From a virus (taxonomy: Duplodnaviria > Caudoviricetes): 42,470 nt of DNA. The stretch covers positions 1 to 42,470 of IMG/VR virus record IMGVR_UViG_3300025600_000032, one strand, 5' to 3'. Under the pieces are notes generated by a model. It did no database searches and was not told where the DNA came from. It saw only the letters and a program-made list of their open reading frames with translations. Within the stretch, counting starts at the first letter, position 1. Every line of letters begins with the position of its first letter. The translations under genes were made by a program, and so were the position numbers. Positions 9,312 to 16,271 of this stretch are shown here, piece after piece.

Positions 9312-9360
9312 TGGAGGTGGCGCCGACGAAAGCGCGTCTTCTTCAGTTGTCTAATAGCGT
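9312..9360 (-). ncRNA. ssrA: tmRNA acceptor piece (permuted two-piece tmRNA)
   Basis: ...CTATTAGACAACTGAAGAAGAC GCGCT TTCGTC GGCGC CACCTCC A. CACCTCC pairs with GGGGGTG, giving G3.U70 and discriminator A73. CCA is not encoded. Confidence 0.82.
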
Positions 9361-9376
9361 CATAAAATTTAGTTTG

Positions 9377-9449
9377 CGGATATAATAGGATTCGAACCTA
9401 TGACCTAATGGTTAACAGCCATTTGCTCTACCAACTGAGCTATATATCC
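9377..9449 (-). tRNA. tRNA-Asn(GTT)
   Basis: Canonical cloverleaf: acceptor GGATATA/TATATCC, D arm GCTC-AGTTGGTA-GAGC, anticodon arm AATGG-CTGTTAA-CCATT, T arm ATAGG-TTCGAAT-CCTAT, G73. Confidence 0.95.
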
Positions 9450-9459
9450 ATCCTTTAAT

Positions 9460-9540
9460 AAATAAATAATCTTCCGACCAATGCTGAAATTCCAAAGGCA
9501 ATGCCTCCAGCTTGGGCTCGAACCAAGCCTTTATTTATTA
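9460..9540 (-). ncRNA. Circularly permuted tRNA-like RNA (YrlA-like topology)
   Basis: Order is T arm, loop-closed acceptor-like stem, D-like arm, all enclosed by an AATAAATAA/TTATTTATT stem. Confidence 0.5.
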
Positions 9541-9783
9541 TATTTTTACGCCTCTCGACCAGATTGCAGCCCAAATAGCTGTTCTAATCTCTTTATTGAG
9601 TCCAGAATTAGCCAAAACTCTTGTCAATGTTAATTTACGACCAGCCTTACGACTGAATTGATCACCATGACCACACTTAGCTATAGCTATATGTTCTGTA
9701 CCGTCAATGTTTAAAACGCATGATGTTGACTTTGCTGGCACGTTATGATGCCAATCAATTTTGATGTTTTCTGTTATATTCAT
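9538..9783 (-). CDS. Conserved phage hypothetical protein
   Basis: AKCGHGDQFSRKAGRKL resembles the recurring phage motif A-x-C-x3-D-x-F-x3-G. Confidence 0.65.
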   Translation of the reverse strand: MNITENIKIDWHHNVPAKSTSCVLNIDGTEHIAIAKCGHGDQFSRKAGRKLTLTRVLANSGLNKEIRTAIWAAIWSRGVKI

Positions 9784-9812
9784 TTGTTGTTATTTAGATT
9801 ATTAATATTATT

Positions 9813-10151
9813 TTACCACAAATCTTCACTTGTTAATTCTCCGCCAATAATAGGTTTATTTAATTGTTTGGTAGATTTTACTAATTCTAATGCTTCCAAT
9901 CTAGTTAGAAATCTATTTTTTGTTGTTAAAAATCCTTGAATACAATTGTGGTAATTTCTAATTCCACTTGATGCCATAAATGATTCACCACAACATGGAT
10001 GCCTCCAACCACAAATTACAAATCCTTTGTCAATGTTATATGGCTGAAACAAATAGTCAATATTGTCATTGTGATAATTTGCAGCACACATTACATATTC
10101 AATCTTACCGTTGTTTAAATGTGTTTCTAATCTTTCTTTATCAATTGCCAT
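9813..10151 (-). CDS. Conserved phage hypothetical protein
   Basis: CAA...GWRH..C...QGFLTTKNRFLTRLEA...LTSEDLW, a widespread phage family. Confidence 0.75.
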   Translation of the reverse strand: MAIDKERLETHLNNGKIEYVMCAANYHNDNIDYLFQPYNIDKGFVICGWRHPCCGESFMASSGIRNYHNCIQGFLTTKNRFLTRLEALELVKSTKQLNKPIIGGELTSEDLW

Positions 10152-10328
10152 AATTATTTAAGTTTTATCAAACTCATTTTAATGCCTTTTTATTTCCATA
10201 ATCTATGCCAACAATTTGAAACCAATTCCTTTTAGAAGTTTTTCTATCATATAGATATATTCTTGAATTTAAATCTGGCTGACCCATAGATATCCATCTT
10301 TCAGTTGTGCATATATATTTCATTATTA

Positions 10329-10550
10329 TTAATCACATTTAACTTTTTCTAATAGGAAACTTAATATACTTTTATATGATTTGTTTTTTGGCATGTCGCT
10401 TTCTAGTTTGCAGGATTTTAATAGCCATTTAGGTTGTAAAAATCCCTTTTTAATGTTTTTATAATATAAATAAATATATTCTCTATTCCCCCAATCGCTA
10501 GACATTTCGTATTTTGTTATAATTTTAACTCTATTTTTTACTATTTTCAT
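10329..10550 (-). CDS. Hypothetical protein
   Basis: 73 aa ORF in the early gene run. Confidence 0.45.
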   Translation of the reverse strand: MKIVKNRVKIITKYEMSSDWGNREYIYLYYKNIKKGFLQPKWLLKSCKLESDMPKNKSYKSILSFLLEKVKCD

Positions 10551-10836
10551 AATGTTGTTATTTGTTATAATTATAATCTTTATATATCATTACATTGGTA
10601 CTCTTATTGTCCTTTGTGATAATATAATCTTTAAGCAATTTAATAAATACATTCCTTAATGACAATAGTATTTGGTCTTCAAAATGTTTTTTATATTCAA
10701 TCTCAAATTCCTCCTCGTTTATCATGTTATTGTTATTTAAAAGCTAGCCCAATTTCTCAAACTAGCTTATTTGTAATAGCCTTGATTCGATACTATCAAG
10801 TCTTCAGTCATTCCTACTCTCTGACACTCTATTGCA

Positions 10837-11079
10837 TTATTTAAATTCTTTTGATGATTTGTAGTATGGTTTTTGTGATGATAATACTTGATTGCATACA
10901 TAGTCTCCATATTGTTGCATTTTTAGTAGTAATTCTTCTTCAGTATATCTTTCTTTTGTTGTTGTTGTTATTTTTTTAATATATATATCTTTTGGATTAA
11001 TTTGTTCATAATAATATATCCCTTCCTCATCCTTAATACATTTCTGTATTATTAATAATAACTCTTCTTTTGTCCACAT
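10837..11079 (-). CDS. Hypothetical protein
   Basis: 80 aa with an internal WTKEELLL / YTEEELLL duplication. Confidence 0.5.
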   Translation of the reverse strand: MWTKEELLLIIQKCIKDEEGIYYYEQINPKDIYIKKITTTTKERYTEEELLLKMQQYGDYVCNQVLSSQKPYYKSSKEFK

Positions 11080-11191
11080 AGCTATAGATTTAATTTATAT
11101 AACCGCTATCTTACACACCTTATTGGGAGATGATTTAATACAAATAAGCACACCAATGTTATTTCTTATTTATATGATAGCGGTTAGTTTG

Positions 11192-11263
11192 AGGTCGGTG
11201 CTGGGTTCAAACCAGCGTAAACAGCTTTGCAAACTGCTGGCTAAATCTCTCGCCCAACCGACC
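11192..11263 (-). tRNA. tRNA-Cys(GCA), atypical
   Basis: Acceptor GGTCGGT/ACCGACC with U73, anticodon loop TTGCAAA, T arm GCTGG-TTTGAAC-CCAGC. The D loop lacks GG and the T loop has TTT in place of TTC. Confidence 0.75.
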
Positions 11264-11270
11264 ATTGGTA

Positions 11271-11423
11271 CTATTTAAAAACTTTAGGCGTATTGTGCCT
11301 GATTTGCTTAATTACATGCGAATCTGGATTCACTCTGTAAATATTCTTCACTTGACCACTCTTAGTAGTCTTGGTTCCAACCAAAATCTTTGCTGGTGCT
11401 GATAATACGTTTTGCGTGTACAT
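11271..11423 (-). CDS. Small basic hypothetical protein
   Basis: Start trimmed to the ATG (MYTQNVLS). Confidence 0.5.
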   Translation of the reverse strand: MYTQNVLSAPAKILVGTKTTKSGQVKNIYRVNPDSHVIKQIRHNTPKVFK

Positions 11424-11548
11424 TTTAAGTTGTTTTAGTATTGTTATTATTACTGTCCATCCATATTGGATATAAAAAGAATCCACAAATTAATCCCATT
11501 GCAAATATTAATATTGTTATCATTTTAATTGATTTAAATTGTTAATTG

Positions 11549-11645
11549 AAGCTAAGGTTCGAATCGAACGAACATTATCCAATATTGTTATATAACATTG
11601 TTGTTGGTCGAAACCGTAACTTTCGTTAATATTACTCACATAGCT
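11549..11645 (-). ncRNA. tRNA-like element or pseudo-tRNA
   Basis: Perfect T arm GTTCG-TTCGATT-CGAAC and a 6/7 acceptor stem AGCTATG/CTTAGCT, but the D and anticodon regions are non-canonical. Confidence 0.5.
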
Positions 11646-11832
11646 TTTATTATTATCTATTTGTCTAGTTTCTATATATATCTCTTATTAAATGCTAGTA
11701 GGGCATACCATACTTATGCTTAATTGTGTTACATGGCGATTGTTATTAATTGTTTACAATGTTTTCATCATCTCTTGTTGACATAGTTGTAATATGAGCC
11801 TTTTATAGATATGCTCAGATCTTTGATTTTAA

Positions 11833-12282
11833 TTATACTGGAATTTCTTCACCAACTTGAATTGGAGCTGAAACTAATGCAGCATTAACCTTTGCTTCAG
11901 TTGTAATTACTGGAGATCCTTGGCGTAATTTCTTACCATAACGAGCACATGTTGTCTCATCGGTTTCTCCGCGAAATTGAACTCCAGTAAATGATGATGC
12001 TTTGCGAATGTTTCCATCTGCTTGATTGATTTCATATTCATCAACTTCAAGTCTTTTTACAGAACCGAACGTTACATCATCCTTTTCGAAATCATTGAAC
12101 AAACCATCCTGATTAGACCATAATGTTCTTTTGTGAGGAGTTGCATTTGATTTTACTTCTGTTGGTTTTGCTTGACCTGGCAATTGAGCCCATTCTGATA
12201 ATTCTTGAAATGTAACAGTTTTATACTGATTACCATTTACTGCGACTTTTACTTCGTCTACTGAAATTGCTTTTAAATACAT
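11833..12282 (-). CDS. Hypothetical protein, beta-rich, possibly an OB-fold nucleic-acid binder
   Basis: 149 aa with VNGNQYKTVTF and a flexible C-terminal tail. The fold is a guess. Confidence 0.55.
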   Translation of the reverse strand: MYLKAISVDEVKVAVNGNQYKTVTFQELSEWAQLPGQAKPTEVKSNATPHKRTLWSNQDGLFNDFEKDDVTFGSVKRLEVDEYEINQADGNIRKASSFTGVQFRGETDETTCARYGKKLRQGSPVITTEAKVNAALVSAPIQVGEEIPV

Positions 12283-12476
12283 AATATTTATTTGTTTTTG
12301 TTTACTAATTGATTACTTCCAACGAGGAAGAATAAAGATAATGATTATTGCCATTAATGTAAATAATGGACTTAATGCTATGGCAACAACCGATTCTAAG
12401 ACGTTGCTACCACTTATTGAAGTGGATAATTTCCACATATTGAATACTGCTAAAAGTATCCAGATAATAATGATTA

Positions 12477-12719
12477 TCAAAACCATATCTTTATAGCTTT
12501 ATAAGAAATGAATTTACATTCTTGTTTTTCACACATAAAGTATACTGTTATTCCAGCTAAGAATCCTATCCAGGACAGTCCTGTAATATATCTTACTAGA
12601 TTTATTGTTTCTTTCATAAGTGAATTGTATTCCTTGAATACTTCAAATGAAGCATTTACTCTACCTAACGAGAGTATTGCTCCAATTAGGTAGATAATAA
12701 CAATTAATAATATTGTCAT
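12477..12719 (-). CDS. Small membrane protein
   Basis: IIYLIG...LSWIG two-helix pattern. Confidence 0.55.
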   Translation of the reverse strand: MTILLIVIIYLIGAILSLGRVNASFEVFKEYNSLMKETINLVRYITGLSWIGFLAGITVYFMCEKQECKFISYKAIKIWF

Positions 12720-13370
12720 ATTTTTGATGATTGAATTGATTTGATTTTACCATTGCCAAATAGTTTGACAACTTCTTTGTTTGCCTGAACTCTGCCAATT
12801 GCAAATACCTGAAATTCGATCGCTGTTTTATCTGATAGATTAACGATAACTTTAAATTCTGTGGACATAACTTAAATTTTACGCATTGTATATTGTTTTA
12901 AAAGTGTTTATAATTTTCAATCCAATCTTGGGGAGTTACATATCTATTTTGCTCACAATATTCCATATAATATTGCATATTAAGGTACATTTCTTCATTT
13001 GTATTCATATATTGTTATATTTAATTTAAATTGAAAAGACTGGCTTGTTTGCCACTATAATATCTTACTACGCCTTTCGTGCGCGTATTATAGTACCAGT
13101 CCTTGAGGCACATTGTACAATATTGTAACAGCTAATATTATTTATATACATATGATTAATAATTACTTCATTGGCTCAATTAAGAGTTTCTACATCGTAA
13201 TTGTTTTTATATTTAATATTAGCTGTGTATTATAAAGCAACCAGCTTAAGATCGCCATAATTAAATGACAATAGCCGGTTGCAATTGTTTATTGCAATGG
13301 CATTATTATATCAGCAAGGATTATTAATCCATAACCAATGAATGCTAAGGCAATAATTAATGAGATTGTT

Positions 13371-13568
13371 TTAAGAGTTTTCATCTTTGATTTCTTTTGA
13401 TTCGATTGATTTGTTATGTATTGCTGAAAATAAGCTTGATCTGATTGCAGTGTTGGCAAGTCTGTTAATAACTATAGCCTTAGCAAGTGAAATCTTATCT
13501 TCTTTGAGTTCTGTGATCACACCAATAACTGTATTAGTTAATTGATCAATTGGTTTTATTGCTGACAT
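13371..13568 (-). CDS. Hypothetical protein
   Basis: 65 aa helical protein overlapping the upstream ORF. Confidence 0.55.
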   Translation of the reverse strand: MSAIKPIDQLTNTVIGVITELKEDKISLAKAIVINRLANTAIRSSLFSAIHNKSIESKEIKDENS

Positions 13569-13927
13569 TCTCTTAATAATAGCATTTGTTGTCTTTTTGC
13601 GTTAATTAACTCTGGAAATTGTTTTATTGTTATTGATGATATTTTATCATGCGTTCCCATACATCTTGCAACATACGTGTCAGTTAGATCTCTTACTGTT
13701 TGTTTAATTCTAGTCTTTTCATTATTGTCAAGCTTTTCTTTATTTGCTATTTTATAAGCTTTATTGTAAACCGCTGTTTTTACTTTTGTTTTTGCTCTGT
13801 ATGCTAATTTATCATCCTTCTCTCTTTCGTTAAAACATACTTTACAAACTCTTCTGTTTATTCCAACGAATTTTGATGGGTAGTTTTTTTCTTCGTTACA
13901 ATAACGACAAATTCTTGTTGCTTCCAT
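13556..13927 (-). CDS. Zinc-finger protein (CxxC...CxxC) with a basic helical tail
   Basis: CRYC, CKVC and LTDTYV...PELINAKR. Confidence 0.65.
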   Translation of the reverse strand: MEATRICRYCNEEKNYPSKFVGINRRVCKVCFNEREKDDKLAYRAKTKVKTAVYNKAYKIANKEKLDNNEKTRIKQTVRDLTDTYVARCMGTHDKISSITIKQFPELINAKRQQMLLLRECQQ

Positions 13928-14158
13928 ATGATTTAGCTATTAATTAAGGTTAATAAAATGATTGATTGTTATTAATGGGTTAATTGATGGGTTTATGGAT
14001 AATCTCCTCCTCTCTTCCTGACTATCAATAAGTTAAATAAATATATCTATGATCGCTACCACTATGGGTGCACTGATCAATATCTCGTTGTATTCCGAGA
14101 TAGAACCATAATACAATGGCTCAGATATATCTATTATATTGTTATAGAACTTCAAGTT

Positions 14159-14395
14159 CTAGTCTTCACTATTTTCCAGAGTTATGGATCCATTTAATTC
14201 AACAAAAGAACTGTGACTCCACATATCACATTGTTTTCCGATTGCCGTATTACCCGAAGGATCCTTTAATACAATTCCAGTTATACCCTTAATATTGCTA
14301 CTAGTGGCTAATATTACAGTTCCAGTATCAGTGCTAATCATTATCTTAGGAAAGTTTAACTTTCTATTCTTAACTGTATTTACAATTGATTTCAT
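14159..14395 (-). CDS. Hypothetical protein
   Basis: 78 aa containing FPKIM...GSITLEN. Confidence 0.6.
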   Translation of the reverse strand: MKSIVNTVKNRKLNFPKIMISTDTGTVILATSSNIKGITGIVLKDPSGNTAIGKQCDMWSHSSFVELNGSITLENSED

Positions 14396-14904
14396 GTATA
14401 ATTATTTAATATTTAATTATTCAGGTTCTGATTATCTTGGTATACCAATAAACTATTATTCTCAATCGGAGCCGTCTCTGCAGATAATGCTTAATCCGAA
14501 CTATGTGCTCTCAATATAGCGAGAGTCGAGATAATAATTAATAACCTATATCAAGATTGTTACTTTACGACATAAGATTCGCTAATGCTTACTTCGTCGC
14601 ATAAGCTTATCTAAGTCTGTAGAGCGTTAAATATCGGCTTAAACTACCGATATGACTATACCTTGGCATAGTAGTACTGTCGAACTCAGACAGTGAGAGT
14701 TAAAAATATAATGTAGCCAATCTAACCTCTATGCTCTGACATGTCTTATGGCAATGAGTGATCGACTACATTATAATTGTATTGGCATTCTAAATAGTGA
14801 CTATCATTAACTTAATAATAATAACCACTATCCACTAATATTGTGAATTAAATAATATGATCTAACTATCCAAAGCAGCGTTAGCCACTCTGGATAGTAT
14901 GTCT

Positions 14905-15150
14905 TTAGTACATTAAGATGTGTAAGGGTTCGCCCTTCTCAGTAGTACGTACTTCGCCTGTTATTGGATCAACCATTGGCGCAATAGTGTAACCGTCAGG
15001 GATCTCAAATGATGATCCTTCAGTCATGTCTGCAGGTATAGCATCTTTAGGCACATAGACAGCAGTAGAACTGAATACAAAGGCATTAGCCTTAACTAAG
15101 ATTAATGCACTCTTGGTGCCTCTGAATGAATGAAATTTAGCGATAGCCAT
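14905..15150 (-). CDS. First gene of the leftward arm, hypothetical (81 aa)
   Basis: Start trimmed to the ATG (MAIAKFHSF) after an A-rich leader. The upstream extension is the GC-rich hairpin region. Confidence 0.6.
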   Translation of the reverse strand: MAIAKFHSFRGTKSALILVKANAFVFSSTAVYVPKDAIPADMTEGSSFEIPDGYTIAPMVDPITGEVRTTEKGEPLHILMY

Positions 15151-15333
15151 GACTGTAAGTTTTTGACGACAGCTTAGTTGCTGCCCAAATTTAGTCAGAG
15201 TGGAACTTGGACGGGGCATTAGCCCAAGCCAAAAACAGCCCCGGACGTAGTTGTTAGTTATCCTCCCAACTCATTGATATCCAATATTTCCCAAATTATT
15301 TTTTATACCAAAATTTTTATCCAATTATTTTCG

Positions 15334-15341
15334 TACCTTTG
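15334..15341 (+). promoter_or_regulatory. Bacteroidota -7 promoter element
   Basis: TACCTTTG, 22 nt before the ATG at 15364. Confidence 0.65.
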
Positions 15342-15363
15342 CTAAATAATTAAAATAAAAGTT

Positions 15364-15606
15364 ATGGGAAAGAAATGGTTTAGTTTAGAGTTATTCAATA
15401 GACGATTAGAGTTTGAGTTTTCATTCAAAATTAAATTCTCAAGATCCTGGCAGTTACCAATTTTATGGTTGAGTTATTCCGATAGCCATGAGAACGTTAA
15501 GTATTTACAAATAGTTATTCTTGGATTGTCAACAAGAATTACAATAATTAAAATTAGCGATTATTTTCTAACTATTAAAAATAATAAATGTGTTAAAAAT
15601 TTATAA
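15364..15606 (+). CDS. Hypothetical protein
   Basis: 80 aa, first rightward ORF. Confidence 0.5.
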   Translation: MGKKWFSLELFNRRLEFEFSFKIKFSRSWQLPILWLSYSDSHENVKYLQIVILGLSTRITIIKISDYFLTIKNNKCVKNL

Positions 15607-15607
15607 T

Positions 15608-15853
15608 ATGAAAGCTTACTTAAAATTCAAAGCCTGGCTCCAGAAAACTCGTACCGCCATCGTTAATAACAGTGTATATCTATGGCTATTTTATCGCCTA
15701 AACATTCGCAGGGCTATCGTTTTAGTTATCTTATTAAACCTGGCAACAGTTATTAATGGTGAATGGTTCAATTACTCTCTCAATACTGCGCTGGCATTGG
15801 TCGGTTATTTTGACTATAAGGGGTATTTAGAGGATAGAGTACCGAAGAAATAA
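15608..15853 (+). CDS. Small membrane protein
   Basis: ATG at 15608, hydrophobic segments. Confidence 0.55.
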   Translation: MKAYLKFKAWLQKTRTAIVNNSVYLWLFYRLNIRRAIVLVILLNLATVINGEWFNYSLNTALALVGYFDYKGYLEDRVPKK

Positions 15854-15890
15854 CGATTTAGCTATATTGTATAAAAGAATTGCATAAATA

Positions 15891-15922
15891 TTTGGATAAT
15901 ATAAAAATAGTAATTATCTTTG
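15891..15922 (+). promoter_or_regulatory. Full Bacteroidota -33/-7 promoter
   Basis: TTTG (15891-15894), a 20 nt spacer, then TATCTTTG (15915-15922). Confidence 0.8.
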
Positions 15923-15926
15923 CATA

Positions 15927-16250
15927 TTCTCTCATAGTTAATGACGTGTCATTTGACTATTGATTCAGGCTCGACCGTTAATTCTAGTAGGGCAAAAGAC
16001 ATTGGGTTGTAATCTGTAAATAACAGTAAGTTATCCCCGGTAGAGAAGAAACTGACCTTGTAGTGTAAGATCATTCGGTATTGTTAAGGACTACGGCCCA
16101 GAATCAGCGGCAGAGGAGATGACAGTAGCTAGCAGGGAATTAAAAAGATCGCACTAAACTAACGCCGTTGGCATTACAAGGTTAAAATAGGAGTGTTGGT
16201 AACGGCATCTTGATATACCATGAGAGCGGTATACGAGATGTTTTCATGTT
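15927..16250 (+). ncRNA. Candidate structured ncRNA or long leader
   Basis: ORF-free and GC-richer than its surroundings, with several helices whose G.U pairs form only on the plus strand. Directly downstream of a consensus promoter. Confidence 0.5.
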
Positions 16251-16271
16251 TAATTGTTAAATAATTATCAG

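Noticed and set aside
9502-9527. attP-like tRNA 3' fragment from an integration event
   Set aside because: No integrase is in the window, and the flanks complete a permuted cloverleaf, so it is reported as an RNA candidate instead.
10772-10836. Hammerhead ribozyme
   Set aside because: CUGAAGA is present, but the required GAAA after stem II and a correctly placed NUH are missing.
15151-15219. N-terminal extension MPRPSSTL... of ORF 14905-15219
   Set aside because: It spans the GC-rich hairpin motifs. The ATG at 15150 has the typical A-rich leader.
13000-16250. CRISPR array or mini-array
   Set aside because: No regularly spaced direct repeats were found. The repeats here are inverted and differ in sequence.
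15927-16250. RNase P, SRP, 6S RNA or group II intron identity for the long leader
   Set aside because: I could not find the RNase P GAGGAAAGUCC core, an SRP helix-8 motif, a 6S-type central bubble or a group II domain V by eye.
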